IMG/VR virus record: IMGVR_UViG_3300027566_000346
Location: 1-53,223 of that record
Source: a virus
Taxonomy: Duplodnaviria; Caudoviricetes
DNA length: 53,223 nt
Direction: 5' to 3' (one strand)
The notes below the pieces were generated by a model that was given only the letters and a program-made list of their open reading frames with translations, made no database searches and was not told where the DNA came from. A program made the position numbers and the translations under genes. Positions 9,573 to 18,849 of this stretch are shown one piece after another. Every line of letters begins with the position of its first letter. The stretch's first letter is position 1.

Positions 9573-10265
9573 TTATTTACTTTCTGAACACTTATTAATA
9601 ACAGAGAGCGTTCTGTCTTGAAGACGCTCCAATAATTCCTTCTTCTTTTCATTAGTAGCGAGCCATAAATCTCCGTACTGATTTGCGAAAGCCTTAAATA
9701 ATATTTTCTCGTCTTCTGTTCCTTCTATTTCCAGTATCTCAGACATCAGTTTCTTATCCTTTATAACATTCAAAAAGCCATAAAATATGTTACCTAATCT
9801 TTCACCTGCATATTTATTAACATTTTCTTGTGTGTATGGCAAACTCGGCACTATACAACTAACTTTCATTCTTTGTTTATTCTTACCTCTACCTGTTAAA
9901 AAACTGGGTTCGGAATCATCCTCGGAAATATCAATCTTTATAATATTCTCTGCATCCAAACAATCCCCTTGAATGGTCGTGGAATACACTTCAATCCCAT
10001 TTTTGTTAAGAACCTCTTCTAGTTCTTTCAACTGAAAACTCAATACATCGGAGATTTTATCCTCTTTCGTTCCCTTATTGGTTTTGCGTGGAACTACAAC
10101 AAATTCCTCGAACCTGTGGTCGTACAACAAATTTACATGAAAGCTTACTATCATTTTATAGGCCGTGCCATTAACGAAACTATCTTTACTCCTTTTTATT
10201 ACCTTGTTAAGCTTTGAGCCAAGTTTCTCATCAAAAATATCCGTTTTCCGCAAAACTAATTCCAT
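9573..10265 (-). CDS. Hypothetical protein
   Basis: ORF; GGAGG RBS places start at 10265 (MELVLRK). Confidence 0.7.
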   Translation of the reverse strand: MELVLRKTDIFDEKLGSKLNKVIKRSKDSFVNGTAYKMIVSFHVNLLYDHRFEEFVVVPRKTNKGTKEDKISDVLSFQLKELEEVLNKNGIEVYSTTIQGDCLDAENIIKIDISEDDSEPSFLTGRGKNKQRMKVSCIVPSLPYTQENVNKYAGERLGNIFYGFLNVIKDKKLMSEILEIEGTEDEKILFKAFANQYGDLWLATNEKKKELLERLQDRTLSVINKCSESK

Positions 10266-10350
10266 TAGACAACAACCTCCTAACCGGTAGTAAATCATTA
10301 ACAATTTCTTACATTTTAACATATACTGCCATTTTATGTGCCCCTGTTCA

Positions 10351-10403
10351 AATAAAAAAAGCCGATCAAGATCGTAATTAAAACAACCCCAACCGACAAT
10401 TTT
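10351..10403 (-). terminator. G-U-rich intrinsic terminator (copy A)
   Basis: 15-bp stem fully paired only in - strand RNA, followed by U7. Confidence 0.7.
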
Positions 10404-10427
10404 GTCTTCTTCAATTTTACAGTCAAT

Positions 10428-10735
10428 CTAGATCGCCGTATAACCAAATTCCTTTAGTCTTTTCCTACACATTTCGCGTTCTTGATCTATAAATAATTCG
10501 CTATACTCCGGCTTAAGAACAAACGCTTCTACCGAAAGATCTAACTTTTATGGTCCCAAAGTACTTCAAATCCATCAGTACCGCCATCCTTTGATATAAG
10601 TATTTTTGCAGCTTGCAAACCGCCTTTTTCTGAAACAAGTTGCAAGAAGCGTGTGGCTTTATAGCCTAGTTCCTTCTTAGCAATGATATAAATATTCTGC
10701 ATATCACCATTAAATTTGCTCTCCAATGCCTCCAT
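10428..10735 (-). pseudogene. Frameshifted ~102-aa conserved hypothetical protein
   Basis: ORF stops at WDHKS*, but the -1 frame continues LDLSVEAFVLKPEYSELFIDQEREMCRKRLKEFGYTAI*. Confidence 0.75.
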
Positions 10736-10750
10736 GATTAGCACCTCCAA

Positions 10751-11353
10751 TTATTTCAAAACATCCCAATTGTTCAAATGGTCAGTAACATTAATAGTAT
10801 TTTCGCGAACCTCGGTTGCTTTACCATCCTTTACAACAAAGTAAAGATGAAGAATTTTATTATTTGTAGACGAACGATTTTCATCCGAATACGCACCTAA
10901 TTCACCAGGCTCATATAAAAAGAAATTCCAATTTCCATTTTTGTCAGCAACCGAGAACAGGCAATAGGCAAAAATGGTCCCTATTATCTCATCCAAATTC
11001 ACGGTATGCCATCCATGTTCAAGCCCTCCGGTTTTATGGTCATAAGTTTTGCTATGAAAGAACTTGATAATAATCGCATTTTTTGAACCCAGGTCAGGCT
11101 TGATTACCTTAATGCCACTTCCTTCTCGGCGAGAAGCTATATCAACCAGATAATCAGGGAATTTACTTCGGATTATTTTCATTGCTTTGTCTCTCGCCTG
11201 TGAGCGGGTAAAGTCTCCTTGCTCATTCTCAATGCTATCATCTTCAAATTCTTCACTACGAGACGCTAGTTCAGTCTTAACTTCAACCATCTGTTCCTCT
11301 AGAGTTTGAACCCGACTCATCAATTCCAATATAATTCTATCAAAATTCATCAC
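10751..11353 (-). CDS. Hypothetical protein with N-terminal coiled coil
   Basis: 200-aa ORF with AAGGAG RBS and its own promoter. Confidence 0.75.
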   Translation of the reverse strand: MMNFDRIILELMSRVQTLEEQMVEVKTELASRSEEFEDDSIENEQGDFTRSQARDKAMKIIRSKFPDYLVDIASRREGSGIKVIKPDLGSKNAIIIKFFHSKTYDHKTGGLEHGWHTVNLDEIIGTIFAYCLFSVADKNGNWNFFLYEPGELGAYSDENRSSTNNKILHLYFVVKDGKATEVRENTINVTDHLNNWDVLK

Positions 11354-11380
11354 ACCATCTCCTTCGCTGATATTAAATTT

Positions 11381-11409
11381 ATCATAGTTGATAAATTGCG
11401 ATATGTCAA
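11381..11409 (-). promoter_or_regulatory. Sigma-A promoter of the two-gene cassette
   Basis: TTGACA-N17-TATGAT. Confidence 0.75.
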
Positions 11410-11461
11410 TGATATAATCTCGACAATATTATTCTATCATTACGAAGTATTAATGGTGCGG

Positions 11462-11511
11462 AATAAAATAAGCCGGTCAAGATCGCATTTAAGCAATCCC
11501 AACCGGCTTTT
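11462..11511 (-). terminator. G-U-rich intrinsic terminator after the recombinases (copy B)
   Basis: GCCGGUUGGGAUUGC-loop-GCGAUCUUGACCGGC plus U-rich tail. Confidence 0.75.
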
Positions 11512-11517
11512 ACTCCC

Positions 11518-12933
11518 CTATTCAATTACACAATCAATATCTGACCCATCAAGCAAACTAACAACCAGTACTCCAGAATCATAAACCACTATCTTTTCTA
11601 CCAGTTTAAAGTACAAGTCCACTTCAAACTGGTCAATTGGTTCGGCCTTGGAAAAGATCTTTATGAACCTTTTAGCGGTAACTCTCTTGAGAATATCATC
11701 CTCACTCTCCATCACCTGCTGCCACTTTTCCATGAAATATTCCTTGTTCTCAACCACCGCATTAGATGCATTTATAAAAGCCTGATATAATACATATTCA
11801 TCAATATGCCTGCTCTCACAGCCTTTTTCACCTTTAACCTCGTACTTGCCATTACACCGCCACACTATCCTGCGTAACCTCTCATCCGTAGAATTCCATA
11901 CCTTCCTGCCAAAGGCTTTGCCGCATTTGCCGCAGATTACCTTTCCTGAAAAGGGACTGTTAACCGTTGCATAATCAATCAAACCTATTCCATGCTTTTC
12001 AGCAAAAACTTTTCTTCTCTCCATTTCAAGTTGCACTGCTTCCCATGTATCCTTATCAATTATTGCTGGATGGCTATCTTCAACATAATACTGTGGAACT
12101 TGGCCGTCATTCTTAACTCGCTTCTTGTTTAAGAAATCTACTGTATAGGTTTTTTGAAGCAGGGCATCACCTTTATACTTTTCGTTACTAAGCATTTTTC
12201 TAATGGTGCCGTGGTACCATTTCCCTTTTCCATTCCAGTGCATAACTCCTTCCGTCTCAAGATCTTTAGCTATGCGGTTGGCCCCTTTTCCCTCCAGGAA
12301 CTCAGTATATATCCGTCTGACTATTTTGGCCTGCTCCTCATTAATAATGAGGTTCCCGCTATCGTCTTTATCGTAACCAAGAAATTTAATATGGTTTACT
12401 ATAATTTTTCCCTGTTCAAAGCGTCGGCGGATTCCCCAAGTACAATTTTCTGAGATGGAGCGGCTTTCATCCTGAGCAAGTGAGCTTAAGATCGATAGCA
12501 GAACTTCTCCCTTGCCATCCAGAGTATTAATATTTTCTTTCTCGAATATGATCCCAATACCTAAGCCCTTGAGCAGTCTGACGTAATTAAGGCAATCTAA
12601 TGTGTTTCTAGCAAACCTGGATATGGATTTGGTTATTATCATATCTATCTTTCCTGCCTTGCAGTCCTCAATCATTTTGTTAAACTGCTCTCGCTTTTTA
12701 GTATTGGTTCCAGTGATGCCCTCATCTGCATAGATACCCGCCAGGTCATAGTCGAGATGCCCAGTTATGTATGTGGTGTAGTAAGTAACCTGGGCCTCAT
12801 AACTTGTCTGCTGCTCCGCCTGGTCGGTCGATACTCTGCAGTACGCCGCCATTTTCTTTTTCTTTGGTTCCAATTCTTCTGCCAGGTTAGATCTGTTCGT
12901 TCTTGCTGGAATAACTGTAATGTTTCTTGCCAT
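11518..12933 (-). CDS. Large serine recombinase/integrase
   Basis: AAYCRVSTD, SISRFARN, FLGYD, Zn ribbon CGKCG. Confidence 0.95.
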   Translation of the reverse strand: MARNITVIPARTNRSNLAEELEPKKKKMAAYCRVSTDQAEQQTSYEAQVTYYTTYITGHLDYDLAGIYADEGITGTNTKKREQFNKMIEDCKAGKIDMIITKSISRFARNTLDCLNYVRLLKGLGIGIIFEKENINTLDGKGEVLLSILSSLAQDESRSISENCTWGIRRRFEQGKIIVNHIKFLGYDKDDSGNLIINEEQAKIVRRIYTEFLEGKGANRIAKDLETEGVMHWNGKGKWYHGTIRKMLSNEKYKGDALLQKTYTVDFLNKKRVKNDGQVPQYYVEDSHPAIIDKDTWEAVQLEMERRKVFAEKHGIGLIDYATVNSPFSGKVICGKCGKAFGRKVWNSTDERLRRIVWRCNGKYEVKGEKGCESRHIDEYVLYQAFINASNAVVENKEYFMEKWQQVMESEDDILKRVTAKRFIKIFSKAEPIDQFEVDLYFKLVEKIVVYDSGVLVVSLLDGSDIDCVIE

Positions 12934-14083
12934 CCTTTTTGACCACCTTTATTATGGTTTCGCCCTGAATATTGACCTTAGCGAGTTCCTTCTCATCAAT
13001 ATTAGTGCCTGTGCAGGTGAGCTTACCTTTTTTCACATGATTACTGCACTGCCAAACATACTTTTTGCAGGGTTTGTTCACATTCCATACCTTTCTCAGG
13101 AGTACTGCTCCGCATTTGCTGCAATATAGTAAGCCTTTATAGGGATATTTATAATTGTACTTCGGGTCATTAGTTTTACTTTTGTGTTTGTACTTGCGTT
13201 CAGCAATGATCTGCTGGGCCTTGTCCCAGACTTCCCGAGATATTATTGCAGGATGGTTATCCTTGATATAGTACTGATTTAATTCTCCACGGTTAGGTAC
13301 GGATTTTTTACTTAAGTGGTTTGCAATATAAGTTTTTTGGCACAACACATCGCCCTGGTACTTTTCATTTTTCAAAATCTTGATTATTGAAGAGTTGTCC
13401 CACTTGTCTCTGCCGCTAAGGGTTTTTATCCCTTCCTCGGCAAAAATTCTGGTGATAGCAGTGCAGCCTGTTCCGCTTACATATAAATCAAAAATCCGCC
13501 TAACTAATTCTGCTTCTTTTTCATTGATCACTAAATTTCCATTCTTGTCTTTATCGTATCCGAGGAACCGGTTGGTATGAATGTGTATTTTGCCTTTTTG
13601 ATAATCCCTTCTTATACTCCATTTAATATTCTCACTCGCACTCCGGCTTTCTTCCTGGGCAAATGAAGAAAGGACGGTAAGCATTAACTCACCGTCCCCT
13701 GACAAGGTATTTATATTCTCTTTTTCAAACCTAACCTCAACGCCAATATCCTTAAGCTCTCTTACCACCTCAAGCATCACCGTGGTATTTCTTGCAAATC
13801 TGGAGATGGACTTGGTTATTATTAGATCTATCCTGCCTTGTCTACAAAGCTCAAGCATTCGTTGAAACTCTGGTCTGTTGTCCGTAGTGCCGGTTATACC
13901 CCGGTCAGCAAAGACTTCTACATATTCGTAGTCGGGGTTACTGGTAATGAGTTTTTCGTAGTAGGTCGTTTGGTTTTCTAGCGACTCCCCTTGTAGATGA
14001 TGGTCAGTTGAAACCCTGGCATAAGCACAGGTTCTTAGTTTCCTAAGGTTTTTCTGGGTAGGCCTAATAATCCTTACATGCAC
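12887..14083 (-). CDS. Large serine recombinase/integrase
   Basis: CAYARVSTD, SISRFARN, FLGYD, CSKCG. Confidence 0.95.
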   Translation of the reverse strand: MHVRIIRPTQKNLRKLRTCAYARVSTDHHLQGESLENQTTYYEKLITSNPDYEYVEVFADRGITGTTDNRPEFQRMLELCRQGRIDLIITKSISRFARNTTVMLEVVRELKDIGVEVRFEKENINTLSGDGELMLTVLSSFAQEESRSASENIKWSIRRDYQKGKIHIHTNRFLGYDKDKNGNLVINEKEAELVRRIFDLYVSGTGCTAITRIFAEEGIKTLSGRDKWDNSSIIKILKNEKYQGDVLCQKTYIANHLSKKSVPNRGELNQYYIKDNHPAIISREVWDKAQQIIAERKYKHKSKTNDPKYNYKYPYKGLLYCSKCGAVLLRKVWNVNKPCKKYVWQCSNHVKKGKLTCTGTNIDEKELAKVNIQGETIIKVVKKDGKKHYSYSSKNEQI

Positions 14084-14116
14084 GGCTTTTCCTCCCTTCT
14101 ATCAAATTGGCACTAC

Positions 14117-14148
14117 CATACATCACTCTGCTCTTGATAGAAGTCAAG
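14117..14148 (-). promoter_or_regulatory. CTTG-N14-AGAGTGAT promoter-like motif upstream of the recombinases
   Basis: Same motif and spacing at 36430, 37088 and 38629. Confidence 0.65.
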
Positions 14149-14450
14149 GCAATAGCGGTTAAGCTGTCTCATAGAAAGTCCTTCATCATTATTTTCAATC
14201 AGTTCTTCCTTAGCCTCCTATCTACTTAGCAAATGCTGGTTTTCATTATCCTGAAAATGAGCTATCTTTTTGCTAATATAATATCTTCGTTCAAAGCACT
14301 CAATTCTGTCGGTAATGCTCTAGGATTCCATAACCCAGAATTAAATCTATGCATAGTAATTTGTTTAAAAGGCTATTTGTATTTTAATAAGTTTATTATA
14401 ATGAAATGAGCTGCTTGAAAATGTATAACCTCATAAGGGAGATAATTGCT

Positions 14451-15221
14451 ATGAATCTAAGGGATCTGTTCACCGACATAAGTGGTATTTGTTCAATTAC
14501 TGGCATTGTAGCTTATTTTATTAGTGATACACCAAAGAGAAAACATTTTTTCCAAGCCTTTATTATAGTTAGTTTTCTCTGTTTTGTAGGGTTAACCATT
14601 AACTCACACAACTTTATTAATAAAATAGAACTCACCTTTTCTAAACATTCTTTAAATAGCGATCAGTCTGATATCACTGATCCAGCTATTATTTCTCCTC
14701 CAGATGTCTCGCAGATTAATATCCCGGACAAACCTGTAGTTTCTTTACCCAATGCAAATGATAAAACAACTACTCCTAATCCAGAATTGGCAACTCCAAC
14801 AGGGAATACCCAAAACCAACTCTCGTTAGAAGTAAACTTTGAAGGGAATAAAGCGATTTTTACTTCTGGTTCAAACCAGTATAAATACAATTCACAAATA
14901 AGAACTATGAAAGCGCCGGCCATTCGTAAAGGTGAAAATATCCTTGTCCCGCAAGAAAGTATATGTGAGGTTCTTAATGCAAAGTTCACTTGCGAAAACA
15001 GGATAGCTTTTGTTAAAGGAACTAAAGCAGTCGAAGTACCAATGAATGCATTACATATTTACGATGATGTATATGATTCTAATAAAGGGTATTATATAAA
15101 AATAAATGAATACACAATTAATACGGGTGTGGAGCCAATATTTGAAACAAATACTTGGTATTATCCAATTAATTGGATATGTCAGCCATTTGGAGGAACA
15201 AGTAGAATAATCCAATCTTAA
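14451..15221 (+). CDS. Membrane protein with Pro/Thr linker and copper-amine-oxidase-N (stalk)-like domain; moron
   Basis: Two N-terminal TM helices; APAI..GENILVP..I.EVL motif; AT-rich, opposite strand. Confidence 0.65.
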   Translation: MNLRDLFTDISGICSITGIVAYFISDTPKRKHFFQAFIIVSFLCFVGLTINSHNFINKIELTFSKHSLNSDQSDITDPAIISPPDVSQINIPDKPVVSLPNANDKTTTPNPELATPTGNTQNQLSLEVNFEGNKAIFTSGSNQYKYNSQIRTMKAPAIRKGENILVPQESICEVLNAKFTCENRIAFVKGTKAVEVPMNALHIYDDVYDSNKGYYIKINEYTINTGVEPIFETNTWYYPINWICQPFGGTSRIIQS

Positions 15222-15235
15222 TTCTAAGTTTTATG

Positions 15236-15439
15236 CTAATTATCATTGTCTAATATAATAATAGTCCTAACTCTTTCTAGCTTGTCCATCTGCCAAAGTT
15301 GCAGATACTGCAGCTCTTTTAACCTGGACAGTATTTTCTTTTCATGTCGAGGATCCGTTGTCTGCTCCAGCTGTTCTTTGACGTGATAGATCTCCTGCTT
15401 GGTTTCTTCTATTGCCTCCAATAATTCTTTCCTGGTCAT
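15236..15439 (-). CDS. Small coiled-coil hypothetical protein
   Basis: 67-aa ORF, ATGA overlap with upstream gene. Confidence 0.55.
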   Translation of the reverse strand: MTRKELLEAIEETKQEIYHVKEQLEQTTDPRHEKKILSRLKELQYLQLWQMDKLERVRTIIILDNDN

Positions 15440-15906
15440 AAACCTAACCTAACGGATAATGTCAGTCCGTTCATATAGATAACCCCATATGCCAGTAATA
15501 GCCAAACTGCAATGCAGATGTCAATGCTCCAGCGTTCTTTTTTGGTTAAACGGCGCCACCTAATGATCAGGAATAGTAACATACTGGCCGAAGCAATTAC
15601 CAACGCCAAAAGTGCTGTAAAGAAATATATGGTATAAGGTAGCGAGATATAAAACATTACTATAATAGCCAGCACTATTGAAACAATCGAGAGTACTACG
15701 ATCACAGGATTTATCGATTTCATTCTAATAAATGCATCTCGATTAGCTTTATTTAGAAACTCACCTTGATCATAATAACAATCCTCGGCAGATATATAAC
15801 CATCATCAAAACCTTTGTCGTAACCTACCTCTTTCCCGCTAATGTATCCTAAAACATAGGTTAATATTGAAACTACCAGCAAAATAAGTGTTGTCACTAA
15901 ATCCAT
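15436..15906 (-). CDS. Multi-pass membrane hypothetical protein
   Basis: GGAGG RBS; about four hydrophobic segments; GYDKGFDDGY repeat. Confidence 0.6.
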   Translation of the reverse strand: MDLVTTLILLVVSILTYVLGYISGKEVGYDKGFDDGYISAEDCYYDQGEFLNKANRDAFIRMKSINPVIVVLSIVSIVLAIIVMFYISLPYTIYFFTALLALVIASASMLLFLIIRWRRLTKKERWSIDICIAVWLLLAYGVIYMNGLTLSVRLGL

Positions 15907-16046
15907 AACATATCCTCCAGGAACTATCTCTACCAATATTATAAGATATGACAGATCTCCAGTTTTGCGAAGGTAAAAAGAAGGATGCTAAAAAAGATAC
16001 TAATGGAAATTCCGAGATTTCATAAGCAAGGTACTCTACAAGCAAA

Positions 16047-16391
16047 TTACGCAGCCTTCATAATGCTGTCATTCATAAGCTTAACCGCGGATTCGATAAG
16101 TCCTTTAATTTGGTCAGTAGTCAAATTAATTCCGATGGATTTAGTCTCAGTAGCCAGCCATTCTGCTGCCTTAGCATATTTTTCTTCACCAGATAGTTCC
16201 TTATATACCTGTTCAACAAAAGTTACAGCAGTCCACGCCAGGCCGCTTTTTGTTTCCAGTTGAGTTTTGATTTTATCATAAGTTGCTGTATCCATTTTCT
16301 TTTTTAGATAGGCAATCCCTATAGTAACCAGAGCAGGGACTAATACGGCCAGTATATCCAACCCAATTTGAATAATCATGTCACTGTTCAA
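16047..16391 (-). CDS. Phage holin, LL-H family-like
   Basis: N-terminal TM; AV.FVEQ....GEEKY..A....I.GLIESAV. Confidence 0.8.
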   Translation of the reverse strand: MNSDMIIQIGLDILAVLVPALVTIGIAYLKKKMDTATYDKIKTQLETKSGLAWTAVTFVEQVYKELSGEEKYAKAAEWLATETKSIGINLTTDQIKGLIESAVKLMNDSIMKAA

Positions 16392-16417
16392 AATACCTCT
16401 CCTCTCCTATTAGCCAA

Positions 16418-17227
16418 TTAAACTACGATAACCGTGTTATTAGGAGCATCCCAACTAACCTGATGCCCTAGAGCTTCTGCCAGGGCGCGAACCGGAGCAT
16501 AAGCCCTTTCTCCCACCATAACTGCAGGGATAAGGTTGCTAACCAATGCAAGATTAACGGCAGACTGGCTGCCCACCCCTTGAGGCAGAATAACCACCAT
16601 ATTTTCTTCGGCCCACCATTTAACCTGTCTGCCCAGAGCTTCCGAAAGAGCCCTGACCGGAGTAAAGGAACTGTTGTCGATTATGACTCCATCAAGAACT
16701 ATGCTACCTATCTGGATTTTTACTGTAGTTGTTTGGCCAGTGCCTGTTAAATCACTGAATAGTCTATCCCATGGAAATGCTGGTCCAGGATCATTAGCCC
16801 GGTTCACTGAATCCAATCGGTAGTGGCCAATGATATGATCCGGGTCTTTCGCTATACCCCATTTTGCCTCCAATTGCTGATGTAGCCAGAGCGTTGCCTG
16901 GTATTGAGCCTCGGTAAGTTCTCCGCCGGCTAAACACTCATGTTCAATACCAATTGTATAAGAGTTAGGGTTGCTACCATCATAAAGAGACCAATTTGGT
17001 TTATTTACAAGGCCTGCATGCCAAGCAGTATCCTCATCTTTGACTAATTGATATATCCCGCCAGCCTTTGTAACCAGGTAATGAGAACTGGCTTGAGCGG
17101 CAGGATTTCGTAACCAGGACAGCGTTCCCGGCATAAGACCGGCAGTAATGTGGTTGACTATAGCAATGATAGACTTACCTTTTCGCCCCGTGCTGTAATT
17201 GGGACTCAGAGCTTGTTGTATTTGCAT
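16418..17227 (-). CDS. Endolysin: N-acetylmuramoyl-L-alanine amidase (Amidase_2) plus two stalk-like repeats
   Basis: IVNHITAG, SSHYLV, AWHAG, IGIEH, IIGH, DPG; PVRAL.EALG repeats. Confidence 0.92.
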   Translation of the reverse strand: MQIQQALSPNYSTGRKGKSIIAIVNHITAGLMPGTLSWLRNPAAQASSHYLVTKAGGIYQLVKDEDTAWHAGLVNKPNWSLYDGSNPNSYTIGIEHECLAGGELTEAQYQATLWLHQQLEAKWGIAKDPDHIIGHYRLDSVNRANDPGPAFPWDRLFSDLTGTGQTTTVKIQIGSIVLDGVIIDNSSFTPVRALSEALGRQVKWWAEENMVVILPQGVGSQSAVNLALVSNLIPAVMVGERAYAPVRALAEALGHQVSWDAPNNTVIVV

Positions 17228-17242
17228 AATCTGTCTCCTTTC

Positions 17243-17563
17243 CTATAGCGGCCCTGCTTCTCCCTGCTCTACCTGAACAGGATCCGATACGGGGACCGAA
17301 CTAACAGCTGCAACTTTTTCTGTACCATAATATTGTTGCTGGGTCGTATTAGTTCCAAGGTTTCGCGTGAAGTACATTGAAGCCCCTTCCTGTACGAAGT
17401 ACCCGCCCAGGATGATACCTATCAGCGAAACAAGCGTCTTTACTAGCTCTAATACCTGATTATCATGTAGTGCTTTCAAACAGAAAAAGAGAAAAGCCCC
17501 GATAAACATCAAGGCCACCATGTCTTTAAAGCTGAATTTATAGGGTTGATTGAAAAAGTTCAT
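17243..17563 (-). CDS. Two-TM membrane protein, holin-like
   Basis: Two hydrophobic helices; lysis-module position. Confidence 0.55.
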   Translation of the reverse strand: MNFFNQPYKFSFKDMVALMFIGAFLFFCLKALHDNQVLELVKTLVSLIGIILGGYFVQEGASMYFTRNLGTNTTQQQYYGTEKVAAVSSVPVSDPVQVEQGEAGPL

Positions 17564-17808
17564 TAGACGCACCGCCTAACATAAGCAACTACTTCATCCA
17601 GCTTAGCTTCCTGCCGGGCAAAGTTGACCTGCAAAGCGCTGATTAACTGATCTACAGCCCGAGTGTTATTTTCAACCACCTGTGCTAGTGCTTCCTTGCC
17701 TGGGTCTTCCTTTCTATATGCAGGCGGCAGCACTTTCACCAACACGTACCCCATCATGGCCACGCATGCCACTCCAATGCTTACCTGCGTCCAATCAAGA
17801 TTTTGCAA
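17563..17808 (-). CDS. Single-TM BhlA-like holin/lysis accessory protein
   Basis: TM then coiled coil (VENNTRA); lysis module. Confidence 0.5.
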   Translation of the reverse strand: MQNLDWTQVSIGVACVAMMGYVLVKVLPPAYRKEDPGKEALAQVVENNTRAVDQLISALQVNFARQEAKLDEVVAYVRRCV

Positions 17809-17841
17809 CTCCCATCTCCCCTCTCAAATAAAAATACCGCC

Positions 17842-18108
17842 CTACTTGGCGGCTACAGTTTCCGTTATACTTGGTTGCTCTGCTACAATATATTTATTTG
17901 CGGCTTCCTGTGCCTCAAGTGGCACGGCGACTAGCACCTTTGCAATCTGACCAACAAGAGCATCTAAAGCTATCTGGCGGTTATTTAGTATTGCTTGCAT
18001 CTCAGTCCGTAGTCCCTCAGGTGCCTGGGTGACGCAGGCTTCCAGCCATTGCACTTCCACGCGCAGTTTTTGTTCGACCAAACTGGCCTGTATTAAATCA
18101 AGTTCCAT
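17842..18108 (-). CDS. Hypothetical protein (possible fibre chaperone)
   Basis: AAGGAGG RBS; ORF between tail and lysis genes. Confidence 0.6.
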   Translation of the reverse strand: MELDLIQASLVEQKLRVEVQWLEACVTQAPEGLRTEMQAILNNRQIALDALVGQIAKVLVAVPLEAQEAANKYIVAEQPSITETVAAK

Positions 18109-18118
18109 GATTACCTCC

Positions 18119-18838
18119 TTAAAATTCAGCAAATAGGCAGGTTGGCAGATAAGTTAAACAATCGGCCATGTAGAGATTGCACGGGCTCATTAAATAGTTT
18201 GTTCCCTTCAATAGAGTGGCTACGGTCAGAGAATGACTAATATTAAATAAATCGGCGATTGTTGCTAGGCCCCCATCCCCGTTCACCTCTGCCGATCCGT
18301 CGGATTTTACGATAATTACGTTTTGCTTGTATAATGTACCTGTGCTTGATGTAAATTTACTGTTTAGAGTAACAAATTTTAAATCTGTAGCATCTGTGGT
18401 ATTCCTGCCCTTGCTATTGGCGTTGTACGCAGCGGTAGAGGTACCAATTAAACCAATGCATATATAGTCGTTGTTTGACATTTTTGCAATTATAGCAACC
18501 ATAGAATTTATTGAAGAACTTAGTAACGCTAGATAAAAAAGATTGGTTCCTAACACCAAATGTATTTCTGAGGTAGTGCCCAGATTATGGCCTGCAAATT
18601 GCACCTCATTGGTGATTGTACTTCCAGAAGTCCATGCATCTCCATAATAAATTCGCAATTGAGATGATGCCCAGTAAATTTTTATAACCTTATCAGCAAT
18701 GTCGGTACAACCAAAGATTAAATATGCCGTAGTCTCATAGTGAACTGTAACGTTGCCCCCACCATATTTAGCAATCAATGCTGCCTTTATGTCAGCTATG
18801 GGCGTGGTTAAACTGATTGAAGAATATGCATTAGCCAT
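18119..18838 (-). CDS. Putative tail fibre/receptor-binding protein
   Basis: Beta-rich, S/T/G-rich 239-aa ORF downstream of the Mtd-N gene. Confidence 0.5.
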   Translation of the reverse strand: MANAYSSISLTTPIADIKAALIAKYGGGNVTVHYETTAYLIFGCTDIADKVIKIYWASSQLRIYYGDAWTSGSTITNEVQFAGHNLGTTSEIHLVLGTNLFYLALLSSSINSMVAIIAKMSNNDYICIGLIGTSTAAYNANSKGRNTTDATDLKFVTLNSKFTSSTGTLYKQNVIIVKSDGSAEVNGDGGLATIADLFNISHSLTVATLLKGTNYLMSPCNLYMADCLTYLPTCLFAEF

Positions 18839-18849
18839 TCTCTCCCTCC

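Larger units (their letters stand above)
1..11510. mobile_element. Accessory/cargo region with its own serine recombinase operon (part of the prophage or an adjacent integrative element)
   Basis: Recombinase, XRE, ParB-like and Mrr-like genes plus AT-rich hypotheticals; no housekeeping genes. Confidence 0.6.

Noticed and set aside
14150-14400. Small SHOCT-like gene often found before tandem recombinases
   Set aside because: An RBS-like GGAGG is present but no properly placed start or convincing ORF
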